Below the pieces are notes generated by a model that was given only the letters and a program-made list of their open reading frames with translations, had not been told where the DNA came from and ran no database searches. A DNA stretch of 55,691 nucleotides, counting the filler, from Sphacelaria rigidula (taxonomy: Eukaryota), in NCBI GenBank assembly GCA_964200075.2. It is 6 parts of 6 records of this genome, joined end to end, with 100 filler letters (N's around TTAATTAATTAA, not from the genome) between each part and the next. Parts side by side here need not be neighbours in the genome. Positions count along the whole stretch, not along the records: positions 9,300 to 18,498 come from CAXNAA020009060.1; positions 18,599 to 27,797 come from CAXNAA020009061.1; 4 more parts are not named here. The stretch is one strand, 5' to 3'. Numbering within the stretch: position 1 is the stretch's first letter; the number at the start of each line of letters is the position of its first letter. Positions 10,684 to 21,618 of the stretch are shown here, piece by piece. The translations under genes and the position numbers were made by a program.

Positions 10684-12785
10684 GCGTACGGATCGCTTCC
10701 TGCCACTCAAGAGGTGTGGAGGAGTACGGTGAAGGTGGAGCGCTGTCGATACCTCGAGGCCAGCAAGTGTAAGGGAACCTGCATGAACCTTTGCAAGCTC
10801 CCTACCGAGGCGTTTTTCCGAGAAGATTTAGGTGAGACCCCATGTCTCAAGTTGACGAGCAGAGGCAACACTGGAGGATGCTGCGGACAGGCATTGGTGG
10901 GGGACGCGATGGTACGGAGGGGTGGGAGTGGGCAAAGTAGAATGCCGAACCGTCAGCTTTGGTAACGCCTCCACCCTCGCAGAGAACAAGCACGAGTAAG
11001 GTACTGCATTAATAATATGAAGTACGCCTAACCGGTGTTATGATACCCATGGCATATACGTGCAGGTTATCGTTCCAAGTACAAATACCGCATACCCAAC
11101 GCGAAAACCCGGCGAAATAATGAGTGGAAATCCTCTAAACCCGCAAGCTCACCCGTTCTACCCAGCTGGATCAGCTCAACAGTTTCAACAGCCTCCAGTG
11201 CAAGCCGCACCGCAGCAGCAACCTGTCGTCCCTGTTCAATAACAACAGGACGACGAGAACAATGTCACCGTCAAATATTATAGAGAAACGACGGAATATG
11301 TAGCGGTAGGCCTTGCTTGCACGCTGCACAGTACATTTTGAGAGAAGATGCAATGCCCGATGTTCGTTTCTCCCAGGACGAGTGGGCCGTGGCTTGAGCG
11401 GTTCCCGGCCGTAGGTAGCTCCACGTGTGTGCAAACGTGACATGCGTGAGTTTTAGTGCGGTTCGGCTACCTACTCACGTCTGCAAGGTCGGTCTGTGCA
11501 ACGATACAGTAAGTGAATATCAGAGCGTCGTTTTCACCACGTGTCATGCGCAAACGATCTGGGTCGTTTGCGTAACACCTGGTACGCCATCGTTCCCAAA
11601 CACTGTTTTTCCTAAGCCTTCTCTGTCTTGTGATGCCCGTGGTTACAACAGTACGCCCCGTTGCTGCCGGTCGCTGTTTTTTTGCAATGTGTCTCACCAG
11701 GAATGCCGTTGCGCATGACGCCCAACTTCGAGGACTTGTCATGCGAGTTTGCCTTTGGCCAAGCGGCGGCACCAGTGGAAAATGACCCGCTAATGCAGGA
11801 AGTGAGATACACCGTTTGAAAGCAGCGCCGCACTTCTTCAAAACAGCTACGGATCGAGTTGATGGCGGTTTCACCTGAATAATACACACGCTTTTGCTTG
11901 CCGTAGTTGCAACAATTCGTTGCGCTAGGGCCGCAGGAAGGAATTGCGGTATTTAGACTATTTCCGATCGATTTTGAAGCTATTTTCTAGGAGCTGTGTT
12001 GCAAGGTTTCGAACACGGCGTGCGAGCAGCAACGAAGTATGATTTGCAACCTTCGAAAAGGATTTCTAGATGCATGATGCAGCACATGTTCAGAAAATAA
12101 AATCGCTCCGGATCAATTAGCCACAGGTGTAAGGGTACTGTTCTGGCTCTATTTTCTTCCTGGATTTCGGCTCTTTACAAGCCTCGATGGTGCAAACCGA
12201 TCACCATTGTATTTTCAGATTCAACCTGTGGTCGGAATGTTTGAGTCGCAGGGAATTGTGTTGCCAAAGGTAAATAACATTTTCGAGGGGATGTAATTCG
12301 ACGCTCACGGTGGTGGCAAGGATGGTTTTCTCACGAATCCCACGGCAAAGGCAAGTTTTGACATGTTACCAATCGTGACCTGGTCCACCACGCCAAGTTC
12401 CCCCGATACTGGAGACAGGGGGAAGTTTCGCCTGACGTTCTGGTCTCGTGACCAAAAACCAAATAAATGCTCGAAAGGTACGCCCAGGAATACCGTACAT
12501 ATTGGACCATGTAGCATCCATCATCCCCTCGCATCTCATTTCACTCTCGAAAATAAGTCCAAACACTCCGAACCCGATCCTTGTGAACCGCTCACCACCC
12601 CTCCTGCCCGTTGTGTCTCACTTCCCCCCCCCTAACAGTGATACTATTCCATACCCTCTTGTATCTGTTGTGTCGTGCATCAGCCTTGCTGGACAGAGTG
12701 CCTGAATTCTGGAAAGCAGCCCAAAAAGAAGGCGTCACAACGGGCGTGCCACACCATGCCGGAGACTCCACTGAGAGGAACCTAA
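10684..12785 (+). CDS. D27: Beta-carotene isomerase D27-like (DUF4033) protein, 3' exons
   Basis: Exons 10684-10831, 11701-11801 and 12684-12785 splice in frame at GT-AG: ..VKVERCRYLEASKCKGTCMNLCKLPTEAFFREDLG|MPLRMTPNFEDLSCEFAFGQAAAPVENDPLMQE|PCWTECLN..*. This matches the Cys-rich D27 C-terminal domain. 5' exons not identified. Confidence 0.88.
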
Positions 12786-14122
12786 GCTCAACATCGTCCA
12801 TTTTGTATTCGAGCACCATGCGGGAGACTTCATTGAGGGGAAACTGAGCTGAACATCGTCTGTTCTTGATTCGGAGATGGCTGACTAGAGGCTGGGCTTG
12901 GCGTTCAGCTCGTTGCCTGTAAGATATCGAACAGGTATTCATGTCCCTGCGGGTCCGAGCGGGGAGGGAAGGGGAGCGGGCGGTGGGAAGCTGAGAAGAA
13001 GATTGAACTCAACGAAGGTCTCTCTCCTTCTTCGCTCTCATGCATTTGGCCACCAGGCAGCGTATGGAGAAGATGGACTGACAGGTATACGGGGACCCAC
13101 GCCGCTGTGTACCCGCGCTTTCAAGAGCTGTGTATGTAGGAGTATATTGTCATCTTATGGTTAGTAATGGAGAAGGTAGATTAACGGTTTGGTGGTCCAG
13201 GTGTGCCCATCTGTTGAGTTGGTCTCGATTTCACTAGGCGAGTGACTGTCAGACTCGGGTGTCCATTCGCGGGGGCTTCGGCGGGTTAACGCTACGGCGG
13301 CAAAGGAAAGTAACGAGTAGTCAGGGGGATTATGGGGAAGAATAAGTGGTCGGGAGGACCAAGGTGTACATAAGTTTAGAATTCAACGGAAACTACGACA
13401 GTATTTCAACGGCATGTCACTACCGTACGCGGGCAGCTGTCCGGTCTACAGCAGATCGGAGGTGCATCGGAGCTTTGAGCTATGCATTGGGACCAGTACG
13501 TACTGTTCAATACCGATATGTAGACATCAGTCCGCGACGGCTCCAGCATGCCCATGGTATGATTTCCAATGACGGAGGGTAAACACAATAGTCCCCACAC
13601 AGTCAAGAGGTGATGGTCATCAGATAGCTATACTACGGCCTGCTGGGAAATACTCTACCCTTGACGGCATCAGCTCACCAGAAGCGAAATACCATGTACA
13701 TTTCAGGTAACGATACGCATGTATTGCTGAATACGAGTATCTCTCAGCAACCGGCTTTGATGGAACTTCCGTTTTCACTCCCGTGTTCCAGCATTGTTCT
13801 CGCCACAATCAAACGGCATTATGCGCAGAATATGCGGCTTTTTAAGCGGTGAGTTCCTCACTGTTCTCAGTGGACGCTGATTGGACCGGCTATTTTTGAA
13901 GTTTGCGAGTTGTTCTTCACGGTGGACGGTAGAGAGAAAACGACTGCGTGGGAACGGGGGAGATTGGGCATCACAGGATCGTGCATCATGGCCAGTCAGA
14001 TCTGCCATGGCGCGTGAAGATTGTAGTGGGTGGTGATCGCGCCAGCAGTACAGGTGGACGGAATGTACGAAGATGTAACAGCCCGTGGCACGACTGAGTA
14101 GTGCTTGGAGGAGGAAAACGTG

Positions 14123-14505
14123 CGAGGTGGTGTTCTGTAGGGTACGGGTCTACGGGTATCCCCTGCAGGGTATGGTATTCCGCACAGAACTCACGGAAAT
14201 ATTGGGTACCGGTGTAATGCGTGAGCGGACCGCGTGCTTTTGAGGCCACATCGGTGTTCCAAACACCCCGAGACAGACGTTTTTCAAGACTGCTCAGGCC
14301 AGTCCCTGCAGGGACCGCGCCCCTGACCGTAACCCTTACCAAAAGCATACCTGTGCCCCGGTGACGGTACGGGAGGCTTACAGAGCTGACAGAACTATCG
14401 GGTGAGCGTATGTGTCACAGAGGTTACAGGACTGTCGGGTACAGTAAATACCCGGGAAAATACCCCAGGTATGGAACAAACCAAACCCTACAGAACATGA
14501 CCTCG
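14123..14505 (-). mobile_element. Non-autonomous TIR element (C(A/G)AGGT..TCTGTAGGGT ends) with nested MITE fragment
   Basis: Ends CGAGGTGGTGTTCTGTAGGGT / ACCCTACAGAACATGACCTCG. The internal TACCCGGGAAAATACCCCAGGTAT block is the reverse complement of the one in 19744-20102. 14214-14345 matches the 15183 MITE. Confidence 0.65.
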
Positions 14506-15182
14506 GAACTGTTCACCCTGCTGGTTCCCTCAGCCATGACAAAAGGCCTTCTGCATATACCTTCCACGTTTATTTTTAAGTTCCCTCCCATTTTGACCAA
14601 CTTTATTGTAACCACACACTTGTGCTTCTTGATGTACCTCATTTCAAGTGTCAGGACGAAAGTGAAGTCAGCGAGGAATAGCGCGTTGTGCTGTTATAAA
14701 ATAACTCCATGATCGCTTCTTGTTACCGGTAACTCGAGGCACAGCAGAAGGTCGCGAGTACAGTCGACGCTCGTTCACCACGCCAAATTGGTGGCGTACC
14801 TCACTCCTTACTCACCCACTTTCTCTAACCCCGAGAAGTTCAACTTCGCCAAGTTGCTTCCTGACCATGAGTCCTTGTGATATATTACCTCGTCATATCT
14901 TGCGGCGGTTCTAGACGGATGGGTGATGTCCCGATTTGATTTTGCCGCCGCGAGCAATTCAGAGGAAATCCGTGTCACGAAAAATGTGAAAAGGGGTTAG
15001 TGCTCCGAACATACGCATTCTTCCCGCAGCTGTTGGGGCACTCGTGCTGCCTAGATTTGCTCACCCTGTTCAAGCCCGACACGTGTCATGTTTCACACGT
15101 GGAAATTATGCCGATTCAACTTGATGTCGCTGATGGGCACCAGGAGGCTAAGTAGCGCTTGAGGGTGTTCCTGTCAGTGACT

Positions 15183-15366
15183 GTAATGCGTGAGAGGACC
15201 GCGCGCTTAGGGGCCCGCATCGTGGGTCGGAACACCTCAGGATCGACGTTTTACAAACTCAATTTGGCCAGTCCCTGCAGGGACCATGCCCCTGATCCTA
15301 ACCCTGATCATACGGACGTTCAAATTCCGATGCGTCCTCTAAGCACGCGGTCCTCTCACGCATAGC
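15183..15366. mobile_element. MITE with ~40-bp TIRs
   Basis: GTAATGCGTGAGAGGACCGCGCGCTTAGGGGCCCGCATCG versus CGATGCGTCCTCTAAGCACGCGGTCCTCTCACGCATAGC; AGTGAC present on both flanks (15176-15181, 15367-15372). Confidence 0.8.
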
Positions 15367-15447
15367 AGTGACAGTGCTGAGCTTTGCGTTACAAGAAAGC
15401 GCTTCTGGCAATATCTTTGGCAATAGCTACCCGCTTGCTTCCGAGGA

Positions 15448-15830
15448 CGGCATGAAGTTTGAAGGTGCTGCAGTCGCCGTTCCTAGTCGTCTACGGCCCT
15501 GTACTGTACTGTATGGCGTTGTCGACTACCGAGGCGGAGTATGTAACGATGGCCGAAGAGTCGAAGACGGCGTGTATGGTTGCTGCGGTAGTTTTCTCAT
15601 CTTTGCACCGGAGTGACACCGGAGGGGGTCGAAGAGTACGGGATCAAGATCTTCGAGGACAACGGGGGAGAGTCACAGCTATGATCAATAATCTTTGAAG
15701 TTTGGGCGCACTACGCACATCGTCGTGAGGTGGCACGATATTTTCCATGGACGGGTTCAGGAGGTTGAAGTCAAGGTTGGTCACTTAGAAACGGGATGGG
15801 GGCACCATGATGTCCTGGCAAAACTTTCAG
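15448..15830 (+). pseudogene. Ty1/Copia LTR retrotransposon RNase H relic
   Basis: Frameshifted pieces FEGAAVAVPSRL, ALSTTEAEYVTM, KIFEDN, HIVVRWH..RVQEVEVKVGHLETG..DVLAK follow the Copia RNase H motif order. Confidence 0.8.
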
Positions 15831-16462
15831 CTGTTGCATCGCGTGTTTAGCACCGTGCGATACGGACGAACCTGACGAGTGATACATAGGCGTAGTCTGG
15901 GCCTTCGTGATTCATGACCGTATTTGACGGCTCGTGAAAGCGGATATGCACCTCGGAGTGTTCCTGATTTAGTCGGTAAAGCACAAGCCTACTCCATGGG
16001 AAGAATCGCCAAACATGCACTGTACGGGTAGGGCAAAGGTTTTCGCTCGATCAGGGCCGATTTTCCCCCCTTCATCGTTAGAGAGCTTTTGGCCCCTATA
16101 GCTCAAATGAGCGAAGGTGTTCGTGCTCTAGGGGAAATCAGTGTCATTGATCTCGGCTGCATATCGTCGGGATAAGTGGATATTTGGATTTGACGCTTAC
16201 ATGCGGAGAAATTTCCTCGGTTGCGAGGTTGGCTTGAGTAGCTGGGGGTCGAGAAACTTGAAATCTCGACTCGTTGGCCTCACTGTTTGCTCTTTGCTTG
16301 CATTTTTCTTTCATCCGTGCTCTAAAAGCAAGAAACGTAAGAAGCAATTTGTCCGCGCAACAGCGGTGCAGGGAAGCACCGAACAGAAAAAACGGGCAAC
16401 GCTCCACCGTGGTCTGTTTGATCGAGCCTTCATCTCATCATTTAGTTCCTCCTGGCGAATTC

Positions 16463-18241
16463 TCACGTAGACCACGGATCAACACTGCGAGGGGTATACC
16501 CAGCCGGTAAACGACTTCGTAGCGTGCCGATGTCACGCAGGAGAACAGTTCCTAAAGATGCCGGCACCGCGATCTCGGCCTGCACGCTCTCTCTCGCACA
16601 CAGCTGTCGTTCGGAAGGCAGCGCGTACAGGCACAAAACGTCAACAAAGGCAATTGATGGTTAAGGAGGCACGCGGAAGATAAATAGGGCTAGACGTAGT
16701 TGGGCATTGGTAGGCTTTACCTCCGGCTACCGTCAACCGTTATTCCACTACCCATAATCAAGTCGAAATAACACTGACACTATAAGCAAATCTCAAATAC
16801 GCCAAACGTCAGGCTACGAAAAAAAACTGCCTTTTCCAACCCTGCTCCACTTTTCGACTTCTCCGGCGGCGCAAGGTTAGCACGTCATGGCCGGACGACT
16901 GAGTATGCGAATACCAAGGGCTAAAGGCTGTTCATTACTTGCTATTAAGATGGGCATTTGTAACATGCTACGCAGGACTTGACCTTGTACATACCTAGAT
17001 AATACACGGGCGGTTCACGGATAAGCGGGGAAGGCACATGCATCAGAGCAAAATAGTCCCAATCGACGCAAGCAGCACCCTTTCAAACCGAGAGTTTTGA
17101 TTTAAACAAACCTTTTTCATCTCATCAAAGTGCTATCGTATGATCAAAGAGGCGCTTGATTGTCTCCGACTCGAGCAAACCCCGCCCGAAATGTTCAAAT
17201 GTGCCAGGTTGATTCCACACCGACATATTTCCGTGTCTGCACACCGATGGCGAGCAAATAGTACTACTTCAGCCAAATCATTTCTCCACGGCGAACCTTC
17301 TGTTTTCAAAATCAACTCGTTGCCTTTCCTGAGATGAAGTCTGAGGATTACTCCTGCCCCCCTCCCCGCGCACCCTTTATATGTAGGATCGTAAGTAAGC
17401 AAAACGCTTTCGAAAACGATCACGTGTCTCTTTGATCATGCCACGGAACACTCGTGGGCCAGAGGAAGGACACAGAGTGAGATTTCTCTCGCCTGTCGAC
17501 GTCACTCAAGTATCGCGGTCGCAACCATCAAAGGAGAGGAGGCGGTCCACCGCAAACACCAACCAATACCGCTCCTCACCAGTCCCAACAAGACGCTCTC
17601 CTGCAGTTCCCAACCGAGTGAAATTGCCCCAACCATCCCCGCTACCAAGCAGTCCCCGGCTCCGGTGCAGTCCACCAATACCCCAGGTGTCCCTCCACTC
17701 TGCGGCGGCAACGGCAACGCCGGGTAGTGCTTCGCGGACAGCTCAAAAGACGACCCCGAGTGAGCGGGTATCTCTACCAAAGTGGGGTTGTTGCTGGACC
17801 GATTGCTCCTAGTCTTGTTGCGTTCGGGCACAGCAGAAACGCGCCGCGCGGAGGCGACGAGCACACCGGCGCTCCCCATGGTGACGACCACGTGTTTTGA
17901 GCCATCGTCCAGTGCCGGACAGGGGGCTGATGAAGCCGCGGAGGACAACGCGCCATTGAGTTCAGCGTCAGCATCCGAAGGGGGCGACCCGTCATGAATC
18001 ATGGCCATCAACACGGTTCTCAGCGAGTCGCCAAGCGGCCTGGCGTCGAGGAAGCACCCCTCCGCAGATAGCGCTGCCTGCGCCAGCTGATGACCCGCCC
18101 GCCTCGAAGCGGCGGGCTCTTGGGAAAGCTCCGCCACGGATGGAGAGTCGCGAAAATCCTTCCATGCTCGGGAACGGCCCGTCGCAGCGGCAGCAGCCAT
18201 GACTGCGAGCTCGTCCAGGTTCGGAGTCACCACGGTGATCC
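16463..18241 (-). CDS. PfkB/ribokinase-family kinase (pseudouridine-kinase-like), last two exons
   Basis: Exon 18241-17580 has VVTPNLDEL, VVVTMGSAGV and the PfkB signature VDCTGAGDCLVAG. Phase-0 intron 17579-16604. Terminal exon 16603-16463 LCARESVQAEIAVP..*. 5' part lies beyond the contig. Confidence 0.9.
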
Positions 18242-18498
18242 CTGCTGCAGTCTGTGCAAAATATTTTGAGCACACACATCATGATATTGGGCGTGAGAAT
18301 TCACGGCAGTGGAGAGGTCAACATCAAAAACCTTCATCTTACTTTCAGCGGTCGTATACTTGACCATGCATGCCAAGAGGCGATGAAACTTCGACAGGCA
18401 CTGGTGGGAATTTTTGCTCTTATGTGTGTGTGTGTGTTGTCGTCCCATCTATTCTGGGCGCCGGTCTACACCTTTCGGTATATCTGGGCGCACCAGCC

Positions 18499-18598
18499 NN
18501 NNNNNNNNNNNNNNNNNNNNNNNNNNNNNNNNNNNNNNNNNNTTAATTAATTAANNNNNNNNNNNNNNNNNNNNNNNNNNNNNNNNNNNNNNNNNNNN
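18499..18598. other. Artificial contig linker
   Basis: N44-TTAATTAATTAA-N44. Confidence 0.98.
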
Positions 18599-19402
18599 CA
18601 GAGACTTTTCTCTGTCTGGGAATTGTCGTTCCATCACACATTCCTCGCACACCGCACCCGCAATGGTACAGTCAGTGCAAAAGTAGTTGTCCATGTTGTA
18701 TGTACAGTACAGTGCCAACAGCATAGCTGCTGCAGCACTCCGTGCATCCTTTTCATGACCATAGAACCGCAGGGACAGACAGTACAGACAGTGCAGTGTT
18801 TTTTTGCCGGCAGCGTTACTACCGGAAAATAGGACAACGTCGCCCCTGCTGGCTGCGTTGACTATGCTCGTATCGTTTCACGCTCGTCGTGCCCGCCACC
18901 GATTGCGGACTCTGTAGTATTCTGCGTACTGAGACGGTTGCTACCCCACTGCCAACTGAACGTGAATTTTTTGTGTGCTGTATGGCACAACCGTCTGCTG
19001 CACACACTGCGCCGCTTGCGACACGACTACTGTATACCAAGCGGCGATCGGCTGAAGTAAGGGCTGATACGCCCATTATCTTGATCCTTATTGTACCAGT
19101 AGCTAATGTGCGTGTGCGTGTGCGTGTGTGTGTGTTGCCATCCCATCCATCCTGTACCTTGACAGGATCATTTACGTGTTGGTTTACCGTAGGTGGTACA
19201 AGCACAAAATGCAAACGATGGCCACTACCAGCGTCTGCACGCAGGCTAGATGATGGCCTCGGGTGTACAAGTCTCCAGGATTTTTTCATAGACTATACGG
19301 TGGGGTTCTGAAAACTGATTTCTTTGGAGAGAGTCTCTGAGAAAAGTCATTCAGGACGACTTTTCTCAGAGACTTTGTTCAGTCTATAGGAAGCGGCCTT
19401 AC

Positions 19403-19614
19403 CAGAGGTATCTCAAACTCGGCTCCCGGTGTCCTGGTTTGTTTTGTTCTATATTTTCGAATGAAAGTGATGGCGATTCATCAGATGATGATACGCTTTG
19501 ACCGCCAGGTCAGGTCCTTTTATGAATCGCGATCATTTTTACTTGAAAAATACAACACAACTCAGAGCCAGAGAATAAACGAGGATACCGGGAGCCGAGT
19601 TTGAGATACCTCTA
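19403..19614. mobile_element. MITE with ~35-bp TIRs (YAGAGGTATCTCAAACTCGGCTCCCGGT)
   Basis: Near-perfect terminal inverted repeats at both ends; non-coding interior. Confidence 0.85.
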
Positions 19615-19743
19615 CTACAACGATTGCTCGTGCCGTCGTTCTCTATCAACCCCGTCAAGCCGTCCAGAGTTTTCGTGAACTGTCATCTGTATTTTGCCAC
19701 TGTTGTAGTGACGTAGGTCCCACCACAGGGATGATGATAATAC

Positions 19744-20102
19744 CAAGGTCGTGCTGCGTAAGGTACGGTTTTCTGTATACCTGGGGTATTTTCCCGGGTT
19801 TTTAACGTACCCGACAAATCTGTGACTTCTGGAAGACTTTCATACCCTTACCCGATACTTCTGTAATCTCTGTAAGACTCCCGTAACGTTAACGGGGCGG
19901 CACGGGTATATTCTTGATGGGATACCCGGTTGCGGGTACGGTTTTCTGTGAAACCTCCGTACCCTACCCGACTGTTTCTATGAGTTCTGTCCAGAATGTT
20001 TACCCGTACCCGGAGCGCGGGTATGCTCTTGAAGAAATACCCGATTGCCGGTACGGTTCTTCTGTAAGCCTCCCATACCGTACCCTACAGAATACAACCT
20101 TG
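19744..20102 (+). mobile_element. Non-autonomous element with CAAGGT TIRs and GGTAC/TACCC-rich interior
   Basis: CAAGGTCGTGCTGCGTAAGGTACGG versus revcomp CAAGGTTGTATTCTGTAGGGTACGG; same family as 14123-14505. Confidence 0.7.
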
Positions 20103-20565
20103 AAAAAATGGGTATGTTGGGTATGATCTAGAATTCTCGACCCAAATTTCGATCGATTGGGTACGATTTCAATACTCTACCCAAATGTTTTGTACTATAA
20201 TAAGGGAATAATGACTTTGCAAAAATACCGAGTATTGGGTATCCTTTACCCGACCTGCCCTTGGAACCCACGTCCCAACCGTCAGAAGGATACCAACTGA
20301 GCCACCGGGACGGGACGGACCCGATATGTCGTCCTCCAAATTGACTTCGCCGTCCACCATCACCCCGAAGTCAGGTGGCATCAAAGTCGACCGGCGCCAG
20401 TACTTCACCACTGAGTACAGAGTGCCGTATGTACTGCGTACATGATACAGGTACTGTTCATGAGTGTCATGTTTTGAGTTAAATTCTTCTCAAATGCATG
20501 CGCTACACTATGCGCCTACCTTGGTCGTGGCTCTCCCTGTGCATGCAGAACAGGGTTCAACTCAC

Positions 20566-21006
20566 CCACACATGCGGAGTCAGGAGCGTCCGCACGCCCT
20601 CCTCGGCCGGTCCGACCCCATCTCGGGTCTGAGTGAGCATCTTCTCAAAGCTACCGAGCTTGCGACTGCTAAACGGCGGTGGCGCAACTCCAGACTGGTT
20701 CTTCATTTCACCAGCCACCTGCTGCTCAATCTCCTGAGCTACCATCCACATTGGCCTGCCTTTTCCTTTGCGGCACAAGGCACCACCCACGCTACTGTTA
20801 CAGCCCGATCTTGACTGCATTCCGTCATGCTTTGATACAGAGAGGCTGCAAGACGGGTTGGATGTGCGCGTTGTAGACGCTGAAGGAACGAAGGAAAATG
20901 CGACCTGATGATTCTGTTGAACCACCATAGCGCAGGATGCGACCAGCATGAAACAACGTAGATCTCGTTCCGTACCCCACGATCGAGGTCTTCGTGGCAT
21001 GGTCAA
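20566..21006 (-). CDS. First exon of a probable plastid-targeted protein, function uncertain
   Basis: ATG 21006, hydrophobic stretch, AFSFVP cleavage-type motif, Ser-rich transit peptide, donor TGG|GTGAGT at 20565. RKLGSFEKML weakly recalls acyltransferase/condensation-domain N-termini. Downstream exons not identified. Confidence 0.6.
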
Positions 21007-21618
21007 TAGGCAATTGTGGCTGAGCGGGAGAACGTGGATGTGGCGTAGGCGCTTTTTCGATGATCATGTTGGCGTGATGGAGTGCGAGTACGAGAAGGCA
21101 GAGTTCATGGGTGTTCAAAATAATTTAAAATGCGATGCTTGATGCTTTATACCTTTTCATGTCTACATGTGATTCCTGATCGTATCATTTTCACACGGCA
21201 GGATCATGCAGGTGTCAGTGAGATCGGAGAATCTATGAATGCATGTAGAACTTTGGAGTTATAAAATATACTCGATTTGCTCTGATAATCATGATCTCGG
21301 TTGGTTCACAAAGCAAAAGGAAGTTGAGGAAAGTTTCTACTTTCATTCGCTATACCCTATCTATACCGGAGGATGCGCTTATACCCTTGTTTGACCCACG
21401 AATCTTAGACTGCAATCCGTTTCGAGGTATGGAATTACTTGACCACAGTCTATGGTTAAATTACTTGACCACAGTATCGCCGGCCCAACGACCAAAGTGG
21501 CAAGCAAGCTGAGGTACCACAGTCTCAACAGTTCGACAAATCCCATCTCGCGCCCCCCTTCCCTCGTGTCATACCAGCCCTAGTGAAAAAGGAAAGCGAT
21601 AGAAAGAGTATACCAAGC

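Noticed and set aside
20169-20411. Second exon of the minus-strand plastid-targeted gene
   Set aside because: No in-phase AG acceptor compatible with the donor at 20565 was found.
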